DNA of 64,000 nucleotides from a virus. Below, in pieces: positions 30,360 through 39,451 of the stretch; positions within the stretch are counted from its first letter, which is position 1, and each line of letters opens with the position of its first letter. The position numbers and the translations under genes are program-made. Where the stretch lies: IMG/VR virus record IMGVR_UViG_3300008262_003578, one strand, 5' to 3'. The notes below the pieces were generated by a model, which worked only from the letters and a program-made list of their open reading frames with translations, did not search any database and was not told where the DNA came from.

Positions 30360-31607
30360 ATGAAAATATTTGTTCAGATTGCCTCATATAGAGACCCCCA
30401 ACTTATCCCTACAATTAAAAGTATGATTGAAAATGCTAAACGACCAAAAAACTTGGTTATTGGTATTTGTAGACAATATCACCCTGAAGATGGTTTTGAT
30501 TCTTTGGAGGAATATTCAAAAGATAAACGATTTAGAGTTGTTGATGTTTTATATTCAGAATCTAAAGGTGTTTGTTGGGCGAGAAATCAAGTCCAACAAT
30601 TATATGGTGGTGAAGAATACACTCTTCAGATAGATTCCCATATGAGATTTGAAAAGGATTGGGACGACACTCTAATTAAGATGGTTAAACAACTTCAAAA
30701 GAAAGGGTTCGAAAAACCTTTACTAACGGGATATGTTTCATCATTTAATCCTGAGAATGACCCCGCGGAAAGAATAAGAGAACCTTGGCGAATGGTGTTT
30801 GATAGATTTATACCTGAAGGTGCGGTATTTTTCTTACCTGAGACAATACCTGGCTGGGATAAATTAAAGGAACCAATCCCTGCAAGATTTTATTCCGCTC
30901 ATTTTGCGTTTACATTAGGTAAGTTTAGTGAAGAGGTACAACACGACCCTGAGTTTTATTTTCACGGAGAAGAGATTTCAATAGCGGCAAGAGCATATAC
31001 TCACGGATATGATTTGTTTCACCCTCATAAAGTAGTTATTTGGCACGAGTATACAAGAAAAGGTCGTGTAAAACAATGGGATGATGATAAAGATTGGGGT
31101 ACTAAAAATAATGTGTCTCACGCAAAAAACAGACAATTATTTGCTATGGATGGTGAAGAGGTAACCATTGATTTCGGAAACTATGGTTTTGGAACCGAAA
31201 GAACTTTAAGAGATTATGAAATATATTCAGGACTTTTGTTTTCAAGAAGAGCAGTGCAACAATATACTTTAGATAAACAATATCCACCTAACCCACACAT
31301 TTATGAAACTGAAGAAGAGTGGTTGAGTAGTTTTGCAACAATATTCAAACATTGTATTGATATTGGTTATGATAGTGTACCTGAAGATGATTATGATTTT
31401 TGGGTGGTTGCCTTCCACGATGAAAATGATGAAACTATCTATAGACAAGATGCCGACCCAGGAGAAATCCAAAGAATGAAAAATGACCCTGATGGTTATT
31501 GTAAAGTGTGGAGGCAGTTTCAAACAACACATAAACCATCTTATTGGGTTGTTTGGCCGTATTCCAAGTCTAAAGGATGGTGTGACCGATTAACAGGAAA
31601 TTTATAA
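30360..31607 (+). CDS. GT60-type polypeptide alpha-N-acetylglucosaminyltransferase (Skp1 Gnt1/TcOGNT-like)
   Basis: IFVQIASYRD, SKGVCWAR, LQIDSHMRF (DSH), SAHFAF, YFHGEE, WHEY. Confidence 0.85.
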   Translation: MKIFVQIASYRDPQLIPTIKSMIENAKRPKNLVIGICRQYHPEDGFDSLEEYSKDKRFRVVDVLYSESKGVCWARNQVQQLYGGEEYTLQIDSHMRFEKDWDDTLIKMVKQLQKKGFEKPLLTGYVSSFNPENDPAERIREPWRMVFDRFIPEGAVFFLPETIPGWDKLKEPIPARFYSAHFAFTLGKFSEEVQHDPEFYFHGEEISIAARAYTHGYDLFHPHKVVIWHEYTRKGRVKQWDDDKDWGTKNNVSHAKNRQLFAMDGEEVTIDFGNYGFGTERTLRDYEIYSGLLFSRRAVQQYTLDKQYPPNPHIYETEEEWLSSFATIFKHCIDIGYDSVPEDDYDFWVVAFHDENDETIYRQDADPGEIQRMKNDPDGYCKVWRQFQTTHKPSYWVVWPYSKSKGWCDRLTGNL

Positions 31608-31611
31608 TTTA

Positions 31612-32364
31612 ATGGAAGATATTAACTATTCAGTTTGTATAACTACCTTCTCAAGAAGGTATTCGTATGTGGAAAAATTAGTGACCCAAGTTAGGGAATT
31701 AACTAACTGCGATATATTAATTGCGGTCAATGGTGATTATAAACAAGATTTTAACAATGATTACCGAAAACAAATTTTAGAATTATGTTTAAAATTTGAT
31801 AACGTGTTCCCAATATTTTTTCCAGAACAAAGAGGTTTATCTAAGTTGTGGAATACTTTGGTGGTTCACAGTAAACAAGATTGGTGTTTAGTATTAAACG
31901 ATGATGTTGAATTAGACAACGATGAGGTATTTAAACTTACAATACCTGGTTTAGGGGACAAACCTGATTTACGAAGAATTAACGGTTCTTTCTCGCATTT
32001 TTTAATACATAAAGATTGTTTAGATGAAATAGGTTATTTTGATGAGAGGTTATTGGGTTTTGGTGAAGAAGATGGTGATATTTTTTATAGATATATTGAG
32101 ACGTATAATCAATGGATACAAGAAGCTTGGGTTCACGGATTTAATAATTTGGTGATAGATATTAGAGATGAAAATATAAAACCTGGGGTAGGAAAATACT
32201 CTCAATTTAACCGACATTTTTGTTTTGTTGATGACCCTTGTAAATATGTTCCAGTATCTGAAGGTATTACAGGACTATTTGGTCAACATATGAAAAAAAA
32301 TATTGAGGATTTAAAACAATATCCGTATGAAAAATTCTTTAAAGAAAATAAAGATAAACTTTAA
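31612..32364 (+). CDS. GT-A glycosyltransferase (GT2/GT7C-like)
   Basis: LNDDVE and GYFDERLLGFGEEDGD. Confidence 0.75.
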   Translation: MEDINYSVCITTFSRRYSYVEKLVTQVRELTNCDILIAVNGDYKQDFNNDYRKQILELCLKFDNVFPIFFPEQRGLSKLWNTLVVHSKQDWCLVLNDDVELDNDEVFKLTIPGLGDKPDLRRINGSFSHFLIHKDCLDEIGYFDERLLGFGEEDGDIFYRYIETYNQWIQEAWVHGFNNLVIDIRDENIKPGVGKYSQFNRHFCFVDDPCKYVPVSEGITGLFGQHMKKNIEDLKQYPYEKFFKENKDKL

Positions 32365-32367
32365 AGT

Positions 32368-33306
32368 ATGATTAAAATTAAACTAGAGTGTTGGTGGACA
32401 GATACTAATTCATTAAACAACCGATTTATTAAACAATTTGTATTTGACCAAGATGAATTTGAATTTGTCACTAATAATCCTGATTATACGGTGGTGTTTG
32501 GTAGAACCGATTGGGAAAATATAGAAACTCCTAAAGAAAAAACTTTTTATTTCTCTCAAGAACCATTATGGTCACCTAATGAACCCAAAGATGGTATACA
32601 TGAATTTTGTTCTAAAATTTTTATTGCCGATAAACGAGAATACCCTAATAGAGGTGAGTACATTGAGACATTATTACCAATGTTCTACGGTGGTAGAGGA
32701 GATATTGACCACAGAGAAGAATGGGATTGGTCAAAGAATATTCTATATAAGAACTTTAATAAAACAAAACCTATCTCAATGGTTGTGAGGAAAGATTATT
32801 CAACACATTACAATCACCTATCAAATCCCATAACTTCTAAAATTAACTATATACAAAGAACTGACTTAGGTATAAAGTTATCAGATAATGAAAATATTGA
32901 TATATTTGGGACGTATTGGGAGTCAAATGGTAAAAACATAAAAGGTGAGGCGTGGAATAAACATGTAGGGGTTGATGATTACAACTTTTCAGTATCTTGT
33001 GAAAACTCAATACAAAAAAATTATATAAGTGAAAAATTTTGGGACGTTATATTAACAGACGGAGTTCCAATTTATTTAGGTTGTGTTAACATTAATGAAT
33101 ACATACCCGACAATTGTTATATTAATATTAGTGACTTAAATAATGATGAAATTACAAATGTGGTAGAATCCATAATTAATGATTACGATTTTATTTATAA
33201 TTCAAAAAAAAATGATATTTTAAAATTAAAATCTAATTTTTTTAAGGACCCAAATTTTAACCTTTGGGAAAAAATAAAAGAAACGATAAAAAAATATGAG
33301 TACTAA
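32368..33306 (+). CDS. GT10-like (alpha-1,3-fucosyltransferase-type) glycosyltransferase
   Basis: YNFSVSCENS...YISEKFWD...GVPIYLG matches the GT10 core motif. Confidence 0.75.
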   Translation: MIKIKLECWWTDTNSLNNRFIKQFVFDQDEFEFVTNNPDYTVVFGRTDWENIETPKEKTFYFSQEPLWSPNEPKDGIHEFCSKIFIADKREYPNRGEYIETLLPMFYGGRGDIDHREEWDWSKNILYKNFNKTKPISMVVRKDYSTHYNHLSNPITSKINYIQRTDLGIKLSDNENIDIFGTYWESNGKNIKGEAWNKHVGVDDYNFSVSCENSIQKNYISEKFWDVILTDGVPIYLGCVNINEYIPDNCYINISDLNNDEITNVVESIINDYDFIYNSKKNDILKLKSNFFKDPNFNLWEKIKETIKKYEY

Positions 33307-34189
33307 AATAGTAACAGCCATTTATTCTAATTTACACGGAACAGAATTAGGTGGGAGACCTAGTAGAGGAGGTCATTATAGATATTCACTAAGAACTATT
33401 TTAAAAATGACTGACGCTGATTTTGTTTGTTACACTTCAGAAGACGAACTTGAAAGTTTAAAAGAGTTTTTCTATGTACAAAACAAAATTAGTGAAGATA
33501 GATTAATTATCAAAACGTTTGATTTAAAAAATTTTAGTCTAACTGAAAAAATAAATAAAATTAAAAATGTTAATGAGACTAAACAATCTGACCGTTGTGT
33601 TGAGGTGCAGTATTGTAAATTTATATGGTCATTGGATGAACTAGAAATTGGTAATTACGATAACGTATATTGGTTTGATGCTGGGTTGTCACATAGCGGA
33701 TTGTTTCCCCCAAAACACATGAACAATATTGGATATTGGGAACAAAATTATGAATCAACTTTATTCAATAATGAGTGTCTAAACAATCTAATTGATTTTG
33801 CGGATGATAAAATAGTTTTATGTGCCAAAGAAAATGTTAATAATTTTTGGTCAGGAACCGTACCATATGAATACTATAAAGAACACTGTATGGAACGACA
33901 TATAATTGGAGGTTTTTTTGGTGGAAAAAAAGAAAAAATGAGAGATTATTGTAAACTATTTTTAGAATATGTAAACAAACTTTTGGATAATGAAAATAAA
34001 CTTTATTATGAAGAAAACATTATGTCATTAATGTATTATAATCATAATGGGTTATTTAACCCAAAGTATTTTGATATTTGGTGGCATGAAGAAGATAGAA
34101 TCCCTGGACTTGATTTACATGAATACACAAAAACTAGAAAAAGTTTTTATAAAATATTTGAGGAACTAAATGAAATCTCTATCAATTAA
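33296..34189 (+). CDS. WlaTC/HtrL-like glycosyltransferase
   Basis: KIVTA, YWFDAG, IGGFFGG, EENIMS. Confidence 0.65.
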   Translation: MSTKIVTAIYSNLHGTELGGRPSRGGHYRYSLRTILKMTDADFVCYTSEDELESLKEFFYVQNKISEDRLIIKTFDLKNFSLTEKINKIKNVNETKQSDRCVEVQYCKFIWSLDELEIGNYDNVYWFDAGLSHSGLFPPKHMNNIGYWEQNYESTLFNNECLNNLIDFADDKIVLCAKENVNNFWSGTVPYEYYKEHCMERHIIGGFFGGKKEKMRDYCKLFLEYVNKLLDNENKLYYEENIMSLMYYNHNGLFNPKYFDIWWHEEDRIPGLDLHEYTKTRKSFYKIFEELNEISIN

Positions 34190-34892
34190 CATGAAGTTTT
34201 GGGATGATGGACAACCAAACTCAACTAGAATTAGAAATGTAAATTTTTCTTGGGGTGAAATAAAAAAATTTACATCGTTTTTAAAAGATAATGATATAAA
34301 TGCGGTATGTAATTTATATGATTTTTCAGTAGATAGAGTAACTGAGGATTCTATACATATATCTTACCCTTTAGGTGTTTATAAAAAGGCGGAAAAGACT
34401 AACATAATCTTAAACGACCAAAAAAATTATGATTTTTTTATGATGGTTGATTGCGATGCGTTTTTTCATAAAGACGACTATAACAAATTTTTAGAAATAT
34501 TTAAATTTTTAAATGACGGAGATGTTGTGACCTTTGATTTGGCTAAATTAGAAGATAGAGTTAGTGAGTATATTATAGACGGAGAATTTCAAATAGAAAA
34601 GGCCGATTGGTCATATGCATATTCAGGTAACAGAAATAATGGACCTCTTAATGGTTATTTAGGTGGTTTAGGTGGGGTATATATATGTGATACAAACTTA
34701 TTAATAAAATTAGGTGGTTTTAATGAAAAATATGTTGGTTGGGGTGGTGAAGATGGTGATATGTTAGATAGGATATGGTCATCTCAAATACCACACTCAT
34801 TTAAACCTGTTAGAAATTTTGCACCATTTCATTTACCCCATTTTTCTGATTGGGGTAATAAATTATATAATCAAAGATTTGAAAATGAATAA
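34170..34892 (+). CDS. GT7C/beta-1,4-galactosyltransferase-like glycosyltransferase
   Basis: VDCD DxD motif; GGV...GGFNEKYVGWGGEDGD. Confidence 0.75.
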   Translation: MKSLSINMKFWDDGQPNSTRIRNVNFSWGEIKKFTSFLKDNDINAVCNLYDFSVDRVTEDSIHISYPLGVYKKAEKTNIILNDQKNYDFFMMVDCDAFFHKDDYNKFLEIFKFLNDGDVVTFDLAKLEDRVSEYIIDGEFQIEKADWSYAYSGNRNNGPLNGYLGGLGGVYICDTNLLIKLGGFNEKYVGWGGEDGDMLDRIWSSQIPHSFKPVRNFAPFHLPHFSDWGNKLYNQRFENE

Positions 34893-36570
34893 AACAACAA
34901 TTGTAACTGGATTATGGGATATAGGTAGAAATAGTCTAACTAATGATTGGGCCAGGTCTATGGAACACTACCTTAATAAACTCAAAGAACTACTAAAAAT
35001 TGAGGAAAACATGATAATTTTTGGGGATGAAAACCTACAAAAATTTGTCATGGAACATAGGTCTATTTCTAATACTCAATTTATCATAAGAAATTTAGAT
35101 TGGTTTAAAGATAACACTTATTTTGATTTAATACAAAAAATTAGAACCAGTGATGAGTGGTTAAATCAAGTAGGTTGGTTAAGAGAATCAACACAGGCAA
35201 GATTAGAATACTATAACCCTTTAGTAATGAGTAAAGTGTTTTTACTAAACGATGCTCGTATTATGGATAAGTTTAATTCTGATTATCTGTTTTGGATTGA
35301 TGCGGGAATTACTAATACTGTTCATCCTGGGTATTTTACCCATGATAAAGTATTGTCAAAAGTTGATAAATTTGTTGATAAATTTTCGTTTATATCATTT
35401 CCATATGAGGGTGCGAATGAAATTCATGGGTTTAATCTGACCGAATTAAATAAGTATGCAGGTACCGAAGTCAAGTTAGTGTCAAGAGGTGGATTTTTTG
35501 GGGGGCCAAAGGAATCCATATCTGAGATTAATGGAATATACTATCAATTACTAATTGATTCGTTATCAAAATCTTTAATGGGGACTGAAGAAAGTTTATT
35601 TTCAGTAATAACTTACAAACATCCAGATAAGGTGTCTTATTTTGAAATTGAATATAACGGTCTTATAGGTAAGTTTTTTGAGGATTTAAAAAATGAAACT
35701 TTAAATTCTAAACAAGAGGTTATCAAACCTTCAAACGAATTATCATTTACACCACCATCCAAAGATAGTGTCGGGTTATATGTTATTGGGTTCAATAGTC
35801 CAAACCAACTCAAAACTTTAATAGAATCTATGTTGGTATATGATGAAGATTTTATTAAAAAACCACGTAAAATTCTTTTAGATAACTCAACGGATTTTAC
35901 GACAACCCCAATATATTCTGAAATATGTTCTAATTATGGATTTGAACACATAAAAAAAGATAATTTAGGAATATGTGGTGGAAGACAATGGGTTGCGGAA
36001 CACTTTGAGAAGTCAGGTATGGATTATATGTATTTTTTTGAGGATGATATGTTCTTTTACCCAAATAAAGGTGAGGTATGTAGAAATGGGTTTAATAGAT
36101 TTGCACCTAATTTATTTATTAAATCCCTTTCAATAATACAGAAAGAAAAATTTGATTTCCTTAAGTTAAATTTTAGTGAATTCTTTGGTGATAATAGTGT
36201 ACAATGGAGTTGGTATAACGTACCACAAACTGTTAGAGAAGAGTATTGGCCTGACAATCAAAAATTACCTGAATTAGGTACTTCAGAAAACGCACCTAAG
36301 GCGAAATATACTAGTGTTAGAAGTTATGAAGGTGTACCATATGTTACAGGTGATGTTTATTACTGTAATTGGCCACAAGTAGTTTCAAAAGAAGGTAATA
36401 GAAAAATGTTTTTAGAAACAACTTGGGCACACCCATATGAACAAACTTGGATGAGTCACATATTCCAAGAGACTAAGAAAGGTAGAATTAGTGGTGGTTT
36501 ATTATTAATGACACCAACTGAACATAACAGGTTTGACCATTATTCGCGTGAATTAAGAAAGGAAAGTTAA
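34885..36570 (+). CDS. Two-domain glycosyltransferase: HtrL-like N-domain plus GT-A-like C-domain
   Basis: TTIVTGLWDIGR, FWIDAG, RGGFFGG, TEES; C-domain with GGRQWVA and FFEDD; likely start is ATG 34885 rather than 34819. Confidence 0.7.
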   Translation: MNKTTIVTGLWDIGRNSLTNDWARSMEHYLNKLKELLKIEENMIIFGDENLQKFVMEHRSISNTQFIIRNLDWFKDNTYFDLIQKIRTSDEWLNQVGWLRESTQARLEYYNPLVMSKVFLLNDARIMDKFNSDYLFWIDAGITNTVHPGYFTHDKVLSKVDKFVDKFSFISFPYEGANEIHGFNLTELNKYAGTEVKLVSRGGFFGGPKESISEINGIYYQLLIDSLSKSLMGTEESLFSVITYKHPDKVSYFEIEYNGLIGKFFEDLKNETLNSKQEVIKPSNELSFTPPSKDSVGLYVIGFNSPNQLKTLIESMLVYDEDFIKKPRKILLDNSTDFTTTPIYSEICSNYGFEHIKKDNLGICGGRQWVAEHFEKSGMDYMYFFEDDMFFYPNKGEVCRNGFNRFAPNLFIKSLSIIQKEKFDFLKLNFSEFFGDNSVQWSWYNVPQTVREEYWPDNQKLPELGTSENAPKAKYTSVRSYEGVPYVTGDVYYCNWPQVVSKEGNRKMFLETTWAHPYEQTWMSHIFQETKKGRISGGLLLMTPTEHNRFDHYSRELRKES

Positions 36571-36610
36571 TTATTTTATATTATAAAGTATTTATAGTAA
36601 AAAATAATAG

Positions 36611-37354
36611 ATGGAGTTTTTTATTAAAAAAAACGCAACATTACCAGTATTAAAATTACAAGTAGTTAAGGACGGTAGAAGTGATTATAATAACTTTATG
36701 AATACCATAGAGTTGTCCACAATATTCTTTTCTATGGTTGATGTTGAGACAGGGGTTCCAAAAATAAGTAGTAGACCTGCGGGGTTTGTTGAAAAACTTT
36801 TTGAAGACCCTAATGCGGAACCTGAATATTACATCTATTACCAATTCACAAATAAAGACACAAATAGAGTAGGACGTTATGAAGGACAATTCATGTTACG
36901 TAATGATGATGGTGTTTTAATTTTACCAATAAGAGAAAATTTATTTATAAATGTACAAGAGTCTTTTATAAGTGACGAATTACCTTATGAAAGTTGTTAT
37001 GTTTCCGAATTTCCTTGTTGTGTTAACGGACCTTATACTACAACTACAACTACAACACCTTGCCCGACGTGTCCCCCATGTCCACCTGTAACAACAACAA
37101 CAACAACATACAATCCTGTAACAACAACAACAACAACACATATTCCCGTAACAACTACCACAACAACAACTCATACACCATCTTCTACACCGACTAATAC
37201 ACCAACACCATCTTCTACACCGACTAATACACCAACACCAACTCCGACCTTAACTCCAACTCAAACACCACCTGTTGATGTATTAATTAACCCTATAATA
37301 ACTGAGGGTGGTGTGTATATAATAATTGGAAATAACGAATACTTAGAATTTTAA
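36611..37354 (+). CDS. Probable virion protein with BppU-like N-domain and poly-Thr mucin-like segment
   Basis: FFIKKNATLPVLKLQV...YEGQFML; PVTTTTTT repeats; TATTTATA upstream. Confidence 0.6.
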   Translation: MEFFIKKNATLPVLKLQVVKDGRSDYNNFMNTIELSTIFFSMVDVETGVPKISSRPAGFVEKLFEDPNAEPEYYIYYQFTNKDTNRVGRYEGQFMLRNDDGVLILPIRENLFINVQESFISDELPYESCYVSEFPCCVNGPYTTTTTTTPCPTCPPCPPVTTTTTTYNPVTTTTTTHIPVTTTTTTTHTPSSTPTNTPTPSSTPTNTPTPTPTLTPTQTPPVDVLINPIITEGGVYIIIGNNEYLEF

Positions 37355-37387
37355 TATTCTATATAAAATTTATAAAATAAAAAAACT

Positions 37388-39307
37388 ATGACACTAACTG
37401 GTAAAACAATTGGACAACTAACATATCTTTCGGGAGTAACAAGGGATACATTATTTCCCGTAGAATTAAGTGGCGATACTTACCATATACCCTATTCAGC
37501 ATTCACTAATTCAAACTATAACGAAGGAACTTACGATGAGTTATATTCATTCGCCACAGGTGGAACACTAACCGCTGGAAGTTATTACTTAATGACTGAC
37601 TTCCAAACGTGTTACGACCAACCAAACTATGATAACACTAAAACCCCTATTACAACGGGTAACTATAAAACAGGAACAACAGAACCAATTTTATTATTGG
37701 CGGTATCCACAACAGAATTTTCACCTACTGTATATTCTACATTATACACTAATGATAAAATAACATACGACATAACTTGGAATACCACTGAAATCACGAG
37801 TAGTCCTGCAAAAGGTAGAATTACTGAAAGAATTGATAACTTTAATAATAGAACTGATTATGATAACAGAAGTATTTTATTTAAAAGATATGATGGGTAT
37901 TCATATAACGAAAATAACCCATTAAGTGGTCTTGTTGGGATAAGTGGTTTAACAGGAACAACAGGCGTGTTATATGGTAATACAGGTACCACATTTTTTT
38001 CAAATTTCTCAACGGGGTCAATTGTTTCAGTACGAAATTTAAATCCTTCATTTTTCGAAATTATATCAGTTGAGAGTGATTCTATCGCAATTATATCAGG
38101 TGTAACAATAAATGAAACTACTGACTCACCTTATTATTATGGAAATGATGATGGTATAATGAGTTATTACCAACCTAATGTAAGACAAGACCAAGTTTTT
38201 GAATACACAACATTTGGTGATGCTATTGATGATGGTGGAGCGGTTAATAACTATATTGGTAACTATTCTAATTTACATTTAAAATTTGGAACTGGGGATT
38301 TTTTACTTGCAAATAATGTATTCTTAATAGGTTCATTTAGAAACAACACCATTGGTAACGGTTCTTATAATAACACATTTAATGACGATTGTGATAATAA
38401 TCAAATAGGTGATAGTTTTTATAACAACTCAACGAATGATGATTTTGACGGTAATATAATTGGGGAAAATTTTAATAACAACTATATCACCTCTAATTTT
38501 AATAATAATAGAATTGGTAGTGATTTTGATTTTAATATTCTAATTGGTGGTTCTTTTTATAGAAATAATATTGGGAACGACTTTAACAATAATGTTTGGA
38601 CTAATGGAGATTTTCAAAATAATGAAATAGGAAACCAATTTAATAATAATAAAATCTATAACGATTTCTATAATAATGATATTGGTAATGGGTATAATAA
38701 TAATGAAAGTTACTCAACTTATAATCGTAATTTAATTGGTAACGGATATAATGGTAATACGGTATATTCACTATTCTACGAAAATAATATTGGTCAAGTT
38801 TTTGAAACTAATACTATTGGAACCAATTTAACTATTGGTACATACAATTTCTCTAAAAATAGAATAGGGGATAGTTTTTATATTAATGTTATTTCTGGTA
38901 ATTTTCAATATAATGAGATAGGTAATGATTTCTATGCTAATAATATCGCTAATAACTTCTCATATAATGAAATTAGAAATTATTTCTATTCTAATCTCAT
39001 TAATAATGATTTTGGTTTTGGTGGTAGTGTTAGTCAAGGTAATAAAATAGGTAATTATTTTTATAATAATAATATTGGTGAATATTTTTATAATAATAAT
39101 ATTGCTGACAATTTTTACTTTAATATAATAGGTAATGATTTCCAATTAAACGAAGTTAAATTTGGTTTAAATTCTGTAAATCTTAGTTTATCAACTCACG
39201 TATATGCTAACTATAATTGTACTATATTTTTAAGAAGTGATGCTCAACTTAGACTATCATATTACGACTCAACTGATACACTGTTAATTACAGATGTGGC
39301 AAGTTAA
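37388..39307 (+). CDS. Probable fibre/spike protein with Asn-rich 9-residue beta-solenoid repeats
   Basis: More than 20 IGNxFxNNx repeats. Confidence 0.65.
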   Translation: MTLTGKTIGQLTYLSGVTRDTLFPVELSGDTYHIPYSAFTNSNYNEGTYDELYSFATGGTLTAGSYYLMTDFQTCYDQPNYDNTKTPITTGNYKTGTTEPILLLAVSTTEFSPTVYSTLYTNDKITYDITWNTTEITSSPAKGRITERIDNFNNRTDYDNRSILFKRYDGYSYNENNPLSGLVGISGLTGTTGVLYGNTGTTFFSNFSTGSIVSVRNLNPSFFEIISVESDSIAIISGVTINETTDSPYYYGNDDGIMSYYQPNVRQDQVFEYTTFGDAIDDGGAVNNYIGNYSNLHLKFGTGDFLLANNVFLIGSFRNNTIGNGSYNNTFNDDCDNNQIGDSFYNNSTNDDFDGNIIGENFNNNYITSNFNNNRIGSDFDFNILIGGSFYRNNIGNDFNNNVWTNGDFQNNEIGNQFNNNKIYNDFYNNDIGNGYNNNESYSTYNRNLIGNGYNGNTVYSLFYENNIGQVFETNTIGTNLTIGTYNFSKNRIGDSFYINVISGNFQYNEIGNDFYANNIANNFSYNEIRNYFYSNLINNDFGFGGSVSQGNKIGNYFYNNNIGEYFYNNNIADNFYFNIIGNDFQLNEVKFGLNSVNLSLSTHVYANYNCTIFLRSDAQLRLSYYDSTDTLLITDVAS

Positions 39308-39321
39308 ATTATTTTTTAAGA

Positions 39322-39358
39322 TAAAAAAAAAGGGGGTCACAAAAACCCTCTTTTTTTA
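39322..39358. terminator. Intrinsic terminator, possibly bidirectional
   Basis: A-tract, AGGGGGT-loop-ACCCTCT, T-tract. Confidence 0.65.
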
Positions 39359-39359
39359 T

Positions 39360-39388
39360 TTGACAAAAAACAAATTTACTAATATACT
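39360..39388 (+). promoter_or_regulatory. Near-consensus sigma70 promoter TTGACA-N17-TATACT for the DNA polymerase gene
   Basis: Read directly from sequence; exact -35 and 17-nt spacer. Confidence 0.75.
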
Positions 39389-39451
39389 TATTGATGTAAG
39401 GTAAATGTCGTTTGTAACGGCAGCAAATGAACCATTTAAAACTATAAGTGT

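Noticed and set aside
34819-34884. N-terminal extension MHHFIYPIFLIGV... as a signal or transmembrane segment on the glycosyltransferase
   Set aside because: It overlaps the upstream gene; the HtrL-like domain begins at ATG 34885, the more likely start
38335-39150. Possible diversity-generating retroelement target or template (AAT/AAC-rich)
   Set aside because: No reverse transcriptase and no near-identical TR/VR pair differing at adenines in the window
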